Shown here: piece by piece, positions 44,615 to 55,104 of the stretch | Numbering within the stretch: the first letter of the stretch is position 1 | Layout of the letters: each line of letters begins with the position of its first letter | Assembly: GCA_965205265.1 (NCBI GenBank) | Contig: CBDBGH010000003.1 | Coordinates: 5,376,001 to 5,440,000 of the forward strand | Reading direction: 5' to 3' | DNA: 64,000 bases | DNA from: Alphaproteobacteria bacterium | GTDB taxonomy: Bacteria > Pseudomonadota > Alphaproteobacteria > Bin95 | Position numbers and translations under genes: made by a program | Notes under the pieces: generated by a model | The model's database searches: none | Seen by the model: only the letters and a program-made list of their open reading frames with translations | Told to the model about the DNA's origin: nothing

Positions 44615-46246
44615 CTATGCGGCGCCTCCGTCCTTCTCCCGGAGCATGCGCTCGGCGAGGCGGCGGGCGTCTTCGCGGGTCTCGACGATGCGGTGTTCGG
44701 GCACGCTGTGCAGGCAGTGGAGCGAGTTCAGGGTCCGCGCGGCGGCGCCGTGGAGGCCTGCCACGATGCAGGAGGTTCCCGCCGCTTCGGCGAGGTCCAC
44801 CAGCTGTTCGATGACCATGGCGGCGCTGTCGTCGATATAGGCGGCGCCGGAGAAATCGAAGATGACGATCTCATGGTCGCGGATTTCCGGCCCGATGGCG
44901 TCGGCAAGCTTGTGGGACGAGGCGACGGTGAGGCTGCCCCGGAGCGCCACCAGGCCTGCCCGGGCGGTAAAGGCGCTCTCCTCTTCCTCTCCATGCGGGC
45001 CGAGAAGCGTCCGGTCGAGCAGCGGCGTTGAGATCACGCTGTCGAGTTCGAGGCGCTCCAATTGCCGCGCATGGACCATGCCGCCTGCGATGAGTCCGAT
45101 GGCCACCGCCGTGATGAGATCGACGAAGACCGTGAGCGCCAGCACCGACAGCATGACGATCAGGTGCTCGCGCCTGAGCGCGTGTATGCGGGCGAGGAGG
45201 CGCCAGTCCACAATGTCCCAGCCGACCTTCATCAGCACGCCGGCAAGGGCGGCCAGCGGAATCGGCTCGGCGAACCGGCCGAGGCCGAGCAGCAGCGCCA
45301 GCAGGAAAACCGCGCGCAATGCGCCGGATACCGGCGTCGAGCCGCCGGAGCGGATATTGGTCACCGTCCCCATTGTGGCCCCGGCGCCGGGGAGCGCCCC
45401 GAAGAGCCCGGCCACGGCATTGCCGATGCCCTGGCCGATCAGTTCCCGGTCCGGGTTGTGGCGCGAGCCGGTCATCGAGTCGGCGATGATGGAGGTGAGC
45501 AGGCTGTCCACGGAGCCGAGCAGGGCAAGAATCAGCGCCGGCTCCACCGCGCCGAGCAGGAAGTCCGCGGACATAAGCGGCAATTGCAGCTCCGGCAGGC
45601 CGGTCGGAATCGGGCCGATGACAGGTGTGCCGTCCAGCCAGAGCAAGCCCAGCAGCGTGCCCGCGACCATCGCCGCGAGGAGCCCGGGCAGGAAGCGCGC
45701 CAGCCGGCGCGGCCAGAGGAAGGCGACCGCCAGCGTGACGGCGGCGATGGCGAAGGCGCCCGCATCGATATTGCGGACCGCGTCCGGGAGCGCCGAGACC
45801 GCGCCCATCGGGCCGCCCGGGGCGATAGGCGCGCCTAGCGCCGGCAGCAGTTGGATCAGCACGATGATGATGCCGATGCCCGACATGAAGCCCGATACCA
45901 CCACATAGGGCGTGTAGGCGACGAAACGGCCGATCCGCGAGAGCCCGAGCAGGATCTGCAGCAGGCCCGCCATGACGACGACGGTGAGCGCCTCGGCAAG
46001 GCTGGTCGTGTGGCTGGTGATGACGACCGCCATGACGACCGTCATCGGCGCGGTGGGCCCGGATATCTGGGACCGGGTGCCGCCGAACACGGAGGCGAAG
46101 AAGCCGACGGCGATGGCCCCGTGCAGGCCGGCGGCGGCGCCCATGCCGGACGCGATGCCGAAGCCGAGCGCCACGGGCAGCGCCACCACGGTCGAGGTGA
46201 TGCCGCCGAACAGGTCCCCCCGGAACGTATCGAGGCCGTATTTCAC
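44615..46246 (-). CDS. SulP-family anion (bicarbonate/sulfate) transporter with STAS domain
   Basis: GDLFGG, ALPVALGFG, ISGPTAPM, ELIGQGIGN, C-terminal DFSG..YID. Confidence 0.95.
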   Translation of the reverse strand: MKYGLDTFRGDLFGGITSTVVALPVALGFGIASGMGAAAGLHGAIAVGFFASVFGGTRSQISGPTAPMTVVMAVVITSHTTSLAEALTVVVMAGLLQILLGLSRIGRFVAYTPYVVVSGFMSGIGIIIVLIQLLPALGAPIAPGGPMGAVSALPDAVRNIDAGAFAIAAVTLAVAFLWPRRLARFLPGLLAAMVAGTLLGLLWLDGTPVIGPIPTGLPELQLPLMSADFLLGAVEPALILALLGSVDSLLTSIIADSMTGSRHNPDRELIGQGIGNAVAGLFGALPGAGATMGTVTNIRSGGSTPVSGALRAVFLLALLLGLGRFAEPIPLAALAGVLMKVGWDIVDWRLLARIHALRREHLIVMLSVLALTVFVDLITAVAIGLIAGGMVHARQLERLELDSVISTPLLDRTLLGPHGEEEESAFTARAGLVALRGSLTVASSHKLADAIGPEIRDHEIVIFDFSGAAYIDDSAAMVIEQLVDLAEAAGTSCIVAGLHGAAARTLNSLHCLHSVPEHRIVETREDARRLAERMLREKDGGAA

Positions 46247-46324
46247 GGGGGAAGGTTACCTGCTGCCGCGCCGCCTGCAATCCGCTAATGTCTCTGGCGA
46301 AACCCAATGGAGGAGACCGATCCG

Positions 46325-46726
46325 ATGCCGGATACTACTGTTCAGGTCCGCAAGCTGGCCCACGCCACCGCCGAGTCGGCGCCGCTGGTTCCCGGGCGGC
46401 GGGACTTCTTCAAATACCGCGACCTCGGCGTCACCGAGGCGAGCCTCGGCAGCATGCGCGCCCAGACCATGACCGCGGTCCGCGGCATGACCGAGCCGAC
46501 CGGCTGGCACTACCATGAGTGCGAGGGCCAGTTCGTCTATGCGCTCAAGGGCTGGGTGGACCTCGAATTCGAAACCGGCGAGACGCTGCGCATCCAGGCC
46601 GGCGAATCGCTCTTCATCCCGGGCGGGCTGAAGCACAACGAGACGGCGACCTCGGACGACCTCGAAATCCTGGAGCTGTCCATTCCGGCGGAGATGGGCA
46701 CCGTCTCCTGCGACCCGCCCGCCTGA
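46325..46726 (+). CDS. Cupin-domain protein
   Basis: TGWHYHECEGQFVYALKG, FIPGGLKHNE. Confidence 0.9.
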   Translation: MPDTTVQVRKLAHATAESAPLVPGRRDFFKYRDLGVTEASLGSMRAQTMTAVRGMTEPTGWHYHECEGQFVYALKGWVDLEFETGETLRIQAGESLFIPGGLKHNETATSDDLEILELSIPAEMGTVSCDPPA

Positions 46727-46773
46727 CGCGGCGGGCGGCGCCGGCCCGGCGTCCGGCAGCCCGGTCCCCAAGT

Positions 46774-47267
46774 CGTCATGCCCGGACTTGTTCCGGGCAT
46801 CTCCCTCCACCGCTTCTCCCGGAGCGGCCGCATGGATGCCCGGATCAAGTCCATTGCTGTCCGGTTTAGATTTTGTGGACAGGGCGCATGGTTTGGATTC
46901 GACCGGGTTTCGAGGGGTTCGGCGGGATCGGGACTCGGATCGACGCCCGGCGGCCTAGCCCTGTTCTCGTCATGCCCGGACTTGTTCCGGGTATCCATAC
47001 GGCCGCCCGGCGGAGCCGCTTGAGAGAGATACCCGGAACAAGTCCGGGTATGACGAAAGGGGGGGCGTTCGGGCATGACGGACAGGAGGCCGACCGGGGA
47101 CGCCGCCGCCTCCGAACCCCTGCTCGGCTTCGCTCAATGGCTGAACCGGACAGCCGTGGAACAAGTCCGGGCATGACGGGAAGAGGGTGCGTTTTCTCTC
47201 CACCGGCTGCGGCGGCGTTGTGAGTCATGGATGGACCCCGGCTTCCCTGCTCGGGGTCGGGGTGACG
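46774..47267. repeat. Composite cluster of family A (nested) and family B palindromic repeats
   Basis: Family A arms at 46774-46852, 46968-47055 and 47155-47178, and a family B half at 47196-47267. Confidence 0.85.
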
Positions 47268-47307
47268 ATTTCGGGCTCGGGCCGAAATACGGTTCTTTCA
47301 CAACGGC

Positions 47308-48411
47308 TCAGGCGCGCAGGCGGGCGATCCGGTCTTCCGGCATCCGGCCCCTGTTCTTCTCTGCGAGGAGGGGCCGGACCAGTTCCGCAAAGCCGGTCGC
47401 GGCGGCGGCGTGCGGAAAGCCGGACAGGCAGAAGGAATGGCACCCCGCGTCGATGAAGGCCTGGAGCTGGTCGGCGCACTGTCGGGGATTGCCGACGACG
47501 GCGATGCCGGCCCCGGCCCGGACCCTGGTGATGCCGGTCCAGAGGTTCGGCCCGATCATTTCGCCATGTTCGCGCGCCAGTTCCTGCACGCGCCGGTTCG
47601 CCGCCGAGTTGAACGTGTTGTCGATGATTTCCCGGCGGTTGGCGTCGGTGCCGTGCGAGACCAGCCTGCGGGCCGCTGCCCAGGCCTCGTCTTCCGATTC
47701 GCGGCACATGATCTGCAGGCGCATGCCGAAGCCGATCTCGTCCCCGCGCCCGAATTGCGCGGCGCGCCGGCGGATATCGACGATGTTTTCGGCGATCCGC
47801 TCCGGCGTGTCGCCCCAGAACAGGTGAACGTCCGAGTGCCGGGCGGACATATCGGCGGCCTCGGGCGACCCGCCGCCGAGATAGAAGGGGGGATGGGGTT
47901 TCTGGTAAATCTCCGGAACGATCGAGCATTTCTTCAGGGTGTGGAAGCGGCCATCGAAGTCGATGGGCCCCGCCGCCGCCCAGAGCCGCTTCATGATGGC
48001 GACTTCTTCGCCCATCAGGGCGTAGCGTTCTTCCTTGCTGTAGCGGATGCCGTCGGCCTCGAAGTCCGCTTCCGCCTGCCCCGCTATCAGGTTTATCGCG
48101 AGGCGCCCGCCGGTCATCCGGTCGAAGGTCGCCAGCATCTTGGCCTGGAGAACCGGATTGACATAGCCGGGCTTGGCCGCGATCAGCGGTTTGATCGTCT
48201 TCGTCTTGCCGGCGAGGAAGGCGGCGATGACATAGGCTTCCCAGCAGATGTTGACGACCGGGATCAGGATGTATTCGAACCCCGCGTCCTCCGCGGCCAG
48301 AACGATCCGCTCCATCATTTCCGGCGACGGCGCGATCTCGGACTCCGGGTCGTGGAAGGCTGTCGTGTCGCCGTTCGTCGGCAGATACCAGCCGAATTCA
48401 AGCTGCCGCAT
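47308..48411 (-). CDS. LLM-class flavin-dependent monooxygenase (SsuD-like)
   Basis: FGWYLPTNGD, AEDAGFEYIL, GGRLAINLIAG, PPFYLGG.S, NLWTG. Confidence 0.93.
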   Translation of the reverse strand: MRQLEFGWYLPTNGDTTAFHDPESEIAPSPEMMERIVLAAEDAGFEYILIPVVNICWEAYVIAAFLAGKTKTIKPLIAAKPGYVNPVLQAKMLATFDRMTGGRLAINLIAGQAEADFEADGIRYSKEERYALMGEEVAIMKRLWAAAGPIDFDGRFHTLKKCSIVPEIYQKPHPPFYLGGGSPEAADMSARHSDVHLFWGDTPERIAENIVDIRRRAAQFGRGDEIGFGMRLQIMCRESEDEAWAAARRLVSHGTDANRREIIDNTFNSAANRRVQELAREHGEMIGPNLWTGITRVRAGAGIAVVGNPRQCADQLQAFIDAGCHSFCLSGFPHAAAATGFAELVRPLLAEKNRGRMPEDRIARLRA

Positions 48412-48460
48412 AAGCCTGCCTCCTCTTCTCCGGCGCCGCGCCCCAGCGGGAGTTCCCGGC

Positions 48461-49909
48461 CTAGCGCGCGGCGATCGGGCGCTCGCGGCGGAGCGCCCTG
48501 CCCGGACGGGCGCCGGTGGGACCACCGTCCGCCCAGACCGCTTCTCCGGCTACCAATACCATGCGGATACCGTCCGCCGGAGTCATCGGGTTCTCGAAGG
48601 TCGCCCGGTCGATCACGGTCTCGGGGTCGAACAGGCAGAGGTCCGCCACCGCGCCCGGCTCCACGACGCCGCGCCCGTCAAGCCCGAACCGGTCCGCCGG
48701 CAGGCCCGTCATGCGGCGCACGGCCTCTTCCAGCGGCATCAGGCCGAGCTCGCGGCTGTAGTGGCCCAGCACGCGCGGGAAGGTGCCCCAAAGGCGGGGA
48801 TGCGGGCGCGGGTCGTGGGGAATGCCGTCCGAGCCGATCATGGCGCGCGGGAAGCGAAGCACGCGCTGCACATCGTCCTCCGACATGGCGAAATAGATCG
48901 CCCCGGCCGGCAACAGCCGGAGCGCCATCTCCTCGTCCGTGACGCCGTGCTCGGCGGCGATGTCGGAGAGGTCGCGGCCCGCCGCCTCGGGGTAGGGCTC
49001 CGACCAGGTAATCAGCACGCGGCTGGAATCCGCCAGGCGGTCGGGCAGCAGCACGGTCGAGCTCATGGCGTAGGGATAGACGTCGAGCGACACCTGCTGC
49101 GCCGCCGCGGCGGCCTCGACCATCGGCAGGGAGCGGGCGGTCTTGCCGTGATGGGCGGCGCCGGACGCCTTGTGGTGCGAGAGCACGACGGCGACGCCCG
49201 CGCGCCGGCCGATCTCCAGCGATTCCTCGACCGACTCTTCTAGGAAGGCGCCTTCGTCGCGCATGTGGGTAGCGTAGAGGCCGCCATAGGGCGCCGCCGC
49301 CTCGGTCAGCGCCACCACCTCGTCGGTCGGCGCGGCTCTCGAAGGCGGGTAGAAGAGCCCCGTGGAGAACCCGACGGCGCCCGCCTGCATGGCCTGCTCG
49401 ACGCCGGCGCGCATGGCCGCGGTCTCGGCGTCGTTCGCGGGCCGGCCGAGGTCCTCCACATGCTGGACGCGCAGGGTCTGGTGGCCGACCAGGAAGAGCC
49501 CGTTGACCACCGGCGGCCGGGCGTCCAGCGCCTCCAGATAGGAGGAGAATGTGGGGAAGCGGTAGTCGCTCTCGCCGCCCAGCAGGTCCATCGGCGGCGG
49601 CGGGCGGCCGTCCGGCCTGAAGGGGGCCAGCGAAATGCCGCAATTGCCGGCGACCACGGTGGTCACGCCCTGGCTCGCCTTGGCGGCCATGTCGCCGTCG
49701 AGGAGCGCGCGGTCGTCATGCGTGTGCACGTCGATGAAGCCCGGCGCGACGACGAGGCCGCGCGCGTCGATCTCCCGTTCGCCGGTTGCGTCGCCGAGCG
49801 CGCCGACCTCCGTTATGCGTCCGCTGTCCACGGCGACATCGGCCCTGCAGCCCGGCGAACCCGTGCCGTCCATGACGGTTCCGCCCCGGATTACCAGATC
49901 GTGGCGCAT
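48461..49909 (-). CDS. N-acyl-D-amino-acid deacylase
   Basis: PGFIDVHTHDD, GNCGIS, THMRDE, SHHK, HPRLWGTFPRVLG. Confidence 0.95.
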   Translation of the reverse strand: MRHDLVIRGGTVMDGTGSPGCRADVAVDSGRITEVGALGDATGEREIDARGLVVAPGFIDVHTHDDRALLDGDMAAKASQGVTTVVAGNCGISLAPFRPDGRPPPPMDLLGGESDYRFPTFSSYLEALDARPPVVNGLFLVGHQTLRVQHVEDLGRPANDAETAAMRAGVEQAMQAGAVGFSTGLFYPPSRAAPTDEVVALTEAAAPYGGLYATHMRDEGAFLEESVEESLEIGRRAGVAVVLSHHKASGAAHHGKTARSLPMVEAAAAAQQVSLDVYPYAMSSTVLLPDRLADSSRVLITWSEPYPEAAGRDLSDIAAEHGVTDEEMALRLLPAGAIYFAMSEDDVQRVLRFPRAMIGSDGIPHDPRPHPRLWGTFPRVLGHYSRELGLMPLEEAVRRMTGLPADRFGLDGRGVVEPGAVADLCLFDPETVIDRATFENPMTPADGIRMVLVAGEAVWADGGPTGARPGRALRRERPIAAR

Positions 49910-49986
49910 GTCCGTTCCTCCTCCCGCCCGTCGCTGGCGCCCTCTCTACCATGCGCGTAAGGTCGCCGGAAAATCTGGGGGCGTTC

Positions 49987-50865
49987 ATGGGCACACGCGC
50001 GATCGGCGAGGTCGCCATTCACCGGGTCGAGGAAAACGCGGGTCCTTCCTTCCTGCCGGGCCAGCTCTATCCGGACTGGACGCCGGACCATCTGGAGAAG
50101 CACCGGGACTGGATGGTGCCGCGCGCCTTCCATGAGCGCAGCGGCAGGCTGATGATGAGCCTGCACAGCTGGCTCCTGCGCACGCCGCGCCACACGATCC
50201 TGGTCGATACATGCGTCGGCAACCGCAAGACCCGCTCGCGCAAGATGTGGGACAATCTCGACACGCCCTGGCTCGACCGGCTGAAGGCGGCCGGCGTGGC
50301 CCCGGAGGAGGTGGATTTCGTCCTCTGCACCCATCTGCACACCGACCATGTGGGCTGGAACACCAGGCTGGAGGACGGGCGCTGGGTGCCGACCTTCCCG
50401 AATGCGAAATACCTGATCGGCAAGATCGACTACCAGTACCGCACGCAGCGGCTGGAGCTCTATCCGGACGAGGAGCCGATGGACGGCGCGTTTGCCGACA
50501 GCGTGCTGCCCGTGGTGGAGGCGGGGCAGGCGGTCATGGTCGAGGACGGCTACCGGATCGACGAGGCGATGACGGTCGAGGCCGCGCCCGGCCACACGCC
50601 CGGCCACGTCACCATGGCGCTCGAGTCCGGCGGCGAGGAGGCGCTGTTCGTCGGCGACATCATGCACCACCCGATCCAGGTGTACGAGCCGCACTGGAAC
50701 TCGTCCTTCTGCGAGTGGCCGGAGCATGCGGCGGTCACGCGAAGGCGGGTGCTGGAGCGGGTCGCGGATACGCCGGCGCTGCTGATGCCGGCGCATTTCC
50801 CGGACCCGTCCTGCGGCCATGTGCTGAGCGCGGGCGACAGCTTCCGGTTCCGCTTCGCCGACTGA
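49987..50865 (+). CDS. MBL-fold metallo-hydrolase
   Basis: THLHTDHVGWN, PGHTPGH, GDIMHHP. Confidence 0.95.
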   Translation: MGTRAIGEVAIHRVEENAGPSFLPGQLYPDWTPDHLEKHRDWMVPRAFHERSGRLMMSLHSWLLRTPRHTILVDTCVGNRKTRSRKMWDNLDTPWLDRLKAAGVAPEEVDFVLCTHLHTDHVGWNTRLEDGRWVPTFPNAKYLIGKIDYQYRTQRLELYPDEEPMDGAFADSVLPVVEAGQAVMVEDGYRIDEAMTVEAAPGHTPGHVTMALESGGEEALFVGDIMHHPIQVYEPHWNSSFCEWPEHAAVTRRRVLERVADTPALLMPAHFPDPSCGHVLSAGDSFRFRFAD

Positions 50866-50887
50866 GCCCCGGCCGGCCCTTCCCGCG

Positions 50888-52105
50888 ATGCCCGCCCCGC
50901 CGAACGCCGGCCGTTATCCCTGGGTCGTCTGCTTCACGTCGCTGCTGCTGGTCTTCTTCGGCCAGGGCGCGATGTTCGTGCTGAATGTGGAGCTGAAGCC
51001 CATTGCCGAGGACATGGGCTGGCCGCGCGAACTGCCCTCGCTCGGCTATACCGCGGCCTTCTTCGGCGCCGGCGTGGGCGCGCTCTATTTCGGTCCGCTC
51101 TCGGAACGCCTCGGCATGGGCAATGTCGCGCTGATCGGCGCGCTTTCGATAGGGTCCGGCACCTTCCTCGCCGGCTATGTCGAGACGCCGGGCCAGTTGC
51201 TGTTGATCTTCGGCGTGCTGATCGGCCTGCTCGGCAATGCCTGCATGTTCGCGCCGCTGATGGCCCATGTGATGCGCTGGTTCGACCGCAACCGGGGCCT
51301 CGCGCTCGGCATCGCCACCGCCGGGCAGAGCGTCGGCGGCGCCATCTGGCCCTCGATCATCACCTGGCTCGACGGGACGGTCGGCTGGCGCGACACCTTC
51401 CACATATACGGTCTCCTCTGCTTCGGAATCATGGTGCCGTTGACGATGGTCCTGCGCCGCCCGGCGCCGCCGGTGACAACGGCGGGGGCCCGGGAGGCGG
51501 GGCCGGACGGGCGCGCCTTCGGCCTGCCGGGCGGGGTCGCGACGGCGGTGCTGTGCGCCGCGATCGTCGGCTGCTGCATACCGATGTCGGTTCCGCTGGT
51601 GCATCTCAAGGCCTACGGCACGGACCTCGGCCTCGCGCCGCAGGCGGCCGCGGCAGCGCTCTCGATGGCGCTCTTCGCCAGCCTTTTCTCGCGCATTCTC
51701 GGCGGCGCGCTGGCGGACCGCATCGGCGGGCTGAAGACGCTGCTGATCGGCTCGGCCATCCAGTGCGCGATGCTGGCCGTCATCTCGCAGGCGCGCGAAA
51801 TGTGGTCGCTCTACGCCGCCTGCATCGCCTTCGGCCTCGGCTATGGCGGCATCATCGGCATGTACGCCTATATCGTGCGCGAGTATTTTCCCCCGGCCGG
51901 CGCGACCCGGCGCATCGCCTGGATCTTCCTGTTCGGCACCATCGGCATGGCGGCCGGCGGCTGGTTCGGCGGCCGCCTGTTCGACGCCACGGGCAGCTAC
52001 GAGGCCGCCTTCCTGCTGGCCGCGGCGGTGAACGCGGTGCAGCTCGTCATCGTCGCGGCCCTCCTCATCCGCGCCCGCCCCGCCGCAAGGCTGGCGGCAG
52101 CCTAA
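50888..52105 (+). CDS. MFS transporter
   Basis: About 12 TM segments, WFDRNRGLALG, GALADRIG. Confidence 0.93.
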   Translation: MPAPPNAGRYPWVVCFTSLLLVFFGQGAMFVLNVELKPIAEDMGWPRELPSLGYTAAFFGAGVGALYFGPLSERLGMGNVALIGALSIGSGTFLAGYVETPGQLLLIFGVLIGLLGNACMFAPLMAHVMRWFDRNRGLALGIATAGQSVGGAIWPSIITWLDGTVGWRDTFHIYGLLCFGIMVPLTMVLRRPAPPVTTAGAREAGPDGRAFGLPGGVATAVLCAAIVGCCIPMSVPLVHLKAYGTDLGLAPQAAAAALSMALFASLFSRILGGALADRIGGLKTLLIGSAIQCAMLAVISQAREMWSLYAACIAFGLGYGGIIGMYAYIVREYFPPAGATRRIAWIFLFGTIGMAAGGWFGGRLFDATGSYEAAFLLAAAVNAVQLVIVAALLIRARPAARLAAA

Positions 52106-52222
52106 AGGTGCTTCTGAGGGCTGGCCCTCGAAGTGAAATGGGGACTACCATGGCTCCGCCCGGTCCGGGCCGTCTTCGAGGCGCCGGCCCGGATGCGCGG
52201 TTGCTGAAGAGGAGGAAACGGA

Positions 52223-52642
52223 ATGGCGAGCGTCACCATCAACGGTGAAGCCCGGACCCTGGACGGACCGGACGACACCGTCCTGTTGTGGGCCCTGCGC
52301 GACATGGCGGGCCTCTGCGGCGCCTGCACGGTGCATGTCGACGGCAAGGCCGAGAAGTCCTGTATGGTGACCGTGGGCGACGTGGCCGGCAAGTCGGTCA
52401 CCACCATCGAGGGCCTCTCCGCCGACGGCAGCCATCCGGTCCAGGTCGCATGGCGCGAGCTGCATGTGCCGCAATGCGGCTTCTGCCAGACCGGGCAGAT
52501 CATGCAGGCCGCGAGCCTGCTGGCCGAGAACCCGAAGCCGACCGACCGGGAAATCCTCGACGGCATGGCCGACAATATCTGCCGCTGCGGCTGCTATGAG
52601 CGCATCGTCTCCGCGGTGCGGCTCGCATCCACGGGAGTCTAG
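52223..52642 (+). CDS. IorA-like [2Fe-2S] subunit with an internal in-frame deletion
   Basis: LLWALRD, CGAC, QCGFCQ.GQ, CRCG. The TGTKxGCxxG segment is absent. Confidence 0.85.
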   Translation: MASVTINGEARTLDGPDDTVLLWALRDMAGLCGACTVHVDGKAEKSCMVTVGDVAGKSVTTIEGLSADGSHPVQVAWRELHVPQCGFCQTGQIMQAASLLAENPKPTDREILDGMADNICRCGCYERIVSAVRLASTGV

Positions 52643-52645
52643 GCC

Positions 52646-54961
52646 ATGCTGCACATGATGGAACAAGCGATCCTGGGCGCGCCCGTCCGCGACGCGGCGA
52701 AGCTCGCCTTCGCCAATGTCTCCCGCCGGCGCTTCCTGCAGGGCTCGGCGGCCGGTTTCGCCGTCGCCGCCTTCGCCAGCACCGCCGAGGGCTTCGCGCG
52801 CTACAAGACCGGCGGCGACTTCATGCCGAACGGCTTGCGCTACGACCCGCACATCTTCGTCTCCATCGACCCCGACGGCACGGTGACCATCGTCGCCCAC
52901 CGCTCGGAGATGGGCACCGGCTCGCGCACCTCGCTGCCGATGGTGCTCGCCGACGAGATGGGCGCCGACTGGGGGATGGTGAAGATCGTCCAGGCGGAAG
53001 GCGACGAGGAGAAATACGGCAACCAGGACACGGACGGGTCGCGCTCCATGCGCCACCACATCCAGTCCATGCGCCAGATGGGCGCCTCCGTCCGCCATAT
53101 GCTCGCCAATGCCGCAGCCGAGAAATGGGGCGTGGACGCCGCTTCGGTGAAGGTCGGCGTGCATGAGGTCGCGGGCGGCGGCAACAGGGCCGGCTTCGGC
53201 GAGCTCGCCGAGGCGGCGATGAAGCAGCCCGTGCCGGAGTTCGAGGCGCTCTCCTTCAGGGACGAGTCCGAGTTCCGCTATATCGGCAAGGGCAGGATCG
53301 GCATCTACGACCTGCACGACATCACCACCGGCAAGGCCGTTTACGGCGCCGACGTGATGCTGCCGGGCATGAAGGTGGCGGCCGTCGCCCGCCCGCCCGT
53401 GGTCGGCGCCGAGGCGAAGAGCTATGACGCAAGCGCGGCCATGGCCGTGCCGGGCGTCGAGCATGTGGTGCCGCTGCCGGCCTCGATCATGCCGGCGAAG
53501 TTCGCTCCGCTCGGCGGCGTCGCCGTCGTGGCCTCCAACACCGATGCGGCGATCAAGGGCCGCGATGCGCTGGAGATCCAGTGGGGCGACAGCCCGCATG
53601 GCGGCTACACCTCCGAATCCTACCTGGAGGAGATGCGGGCGACGGCGAAGCAGCCGGGCAAGGTGCTCCGCGCGGAGGGCGATGCGGCGGCGGCCTTTGC
53701 GGGCGCGGCGAAGACCTTCGGGCAGGAATACAGCCAGGCGCATATGGCGCATGCGATGATGGAGCCGCCGACGGCGGTCGCCAGCGTTGCGGACGGCAAG
53801 TGCGAGGTCTGGGCGCCGGTGCAGTCCCCCTTCGGCGCGCGCGGCGATGTCGCGGCGGCGCTGGAGATGGATGTCGCCGACGTGCGCGTGAACGTCACCC
53901 TGCTCGGCGGCGGGTTCGGGCGGAAGTCCAAATGCGACTTCGTGATCGAGGCCGCGCTGCTCAGCAAGAAGCTGGGCATGCCGGTCAAGGTGCAGTGGAC
54001 GCGCGAGGACGATATCCGGCACAGCTTCTACCACACCGCCTCGGTGGAGCGGATCGAGGTTGCGCTGGACGCCGCGGGCAAGGTGACGGGCTGGCGCCAC
54101 AACTCGGTGGCGCCGTCGATCCTGTCCACCTTCGCGCCGGACAGCGGGCACCAGTTCTTCATCGAGAGCGGGATGGGGCATGTCGATATCCCCTTCGAGA
54201 TCCCGAACCTCTCGGTCGAGAACGGCCCGGCGATGGCGCACACCCGCATCGGCTGGTTCCGTTCGGTCTCGAACATCCCGCGCGCCTGGGCGGTGCAGTC
54301 CTTCGCCTCCGAGCTCGCGGCCGAACTCGGCCGGGACGACCTCGAGGTGATGCTGGAGCTGATCGGTTCCGACCGGAAGCTCGACCCGCCGAAACAGGGC
54401 TTCCCGGAGGACTTCTGGGACTATGGCGAGGTGTATGACGAGTATCCGATCGACACCATGCGCCTGAAGAACGTCCTCAGGCTGGCCGCCGAGAAGGGCG
54501 GCTGGGGCCGGGAGATGCCGGCGGGCGAGGGCCTCGGCCTTGCGGTGCACCGGTCCTTCGTCACCTATGTGGCGGCCTGCGCCCGTGTGAAGATCGTGGA
54601 CGGCAGGATCACCGTTCCGGAGATCCACATGGCGCTGGACTGCGGCTTCGCGGCCAATCCGGAGCGTATCCGGAGCCAGATGGAAGGCTCGGCCGTGCAG
54701 GGCATGACCATCGCCCTCTACAGCGGCGTCACCTTCGAGAACGGCGCGGCCGTGCAGTCGAACTACCACGACTACCGGATGGTGCGTTCGGACAACTTCC
54801 CGGAGAAGGTGCACACCCACATCGTGCCGCATCCCTTCTCGGTCCATGCCTCGGGCGTGGGCGAGCCGGGCGTGCCGCCGGTGGCGCCGGCGATCGGCAA
54901 TGCCCTCTTCCATGCGACAGGCAAGCGCATGCGCGACCTGCCCATGGGCGACACCGTCTGA
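52646..54961 (+). CDS. IorB-like molybdopterin subunit (isoquinoline/aldehyde oxidoreductase beta family)
   Basis: Tat-like SRRRFL, RSEMGTG, GGGFGRK, GVGEPGVPP.APA. Confidence 0.93.
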   Translation: MLHMMEQAILGAPVRDAAKLAFANVSRRRFLQGSAAGFAVAAFASTAEGFARYKTGGDFMPNGLRYDPHIFVSIDPDGTVTIVAHRSEMGTGSRTSLPMVLADEMGADWGMVKIVQAEGDEEKYGNQDTDGSRSMRHHIQSMRQMGASVRHMLANAAAEKWGVDAASVKVGVHEVAGGGNRAGFGELAEAAMKQPVPEFEALSFRDESEFRYIGKGRIGIYDLHDITTGKAVYGADVMLPGMKVAAVARPPVVGAEAKSYDASAAMAVPGVEHVVPLPASIMPAKFAPLGGVAVVASNTDAAIKGRDALEIQWGDSPHGGYTSESYLEEMRATAKQPGKVLRAEGDAAAAFAGAAKTFGQEYSQAHMAHAMMEPPTAVASVADGKCEVWAPVQSPFGARGDVAAALEMDVADVRVNVTLLGGGFGRKSKCDFVIEAALLSKKLGMPVKVQWTREDDIRHSFYHTASVERIEVALDAAGKVTGWRHNSVAPSILSTFAPDSGHQFFIESGMGHVDIPFEIPNLSVENGPAMAHTRIGWFRSVSNIPRAWAVQSFASELAAELGRDDLEVMLELIGSDRKLDPPKQGFPEDFWDYGEVYDEYPIDTMRLKNVLRLAAEKGGWGREMPAGEGLGLAVHRSFVTYVAACARVKIVDGRITVPEIHMALDCGFAANPERIRSQMEGSAVQGMTIALYSGVTFENGAAVQSNYHDYRMVRSDNFPEKVHTHIVPHPFSVHASGVGEPGVPPVAPAIGNALFHATGKRMRDLPMGDTV

Positions 54962-54987
54962 TCCGCCTCCGGGCAGGCAGGCAAGGG

Positions 54988-55021
54988 AAAGGGCCGGCCG
55001 CCGCGCCGGCCCTTTTTCTTT
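54988..55021 (+). terminator. Rho-independent terminator
   Basis: AAAGGGCCGGC-CGCCGC-GCCGGCCCTTT followed by TTCTTT. Confidence 0.8.
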
Positions 55022-55104
55022 GGCGGGCACGGTCGGGCCTGTGACGGATCGGCCGTCTGGCATAGACTGCCCAGGCGGCGCATCCGGGAAAGGAGCCTCC
55101 GAGC

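Noticed and set aside
46774-47267. CRISPR array
   Set aside because: The repeats are inverted and irregularly spaced, with no unique equal-length spacers and no cas genes.
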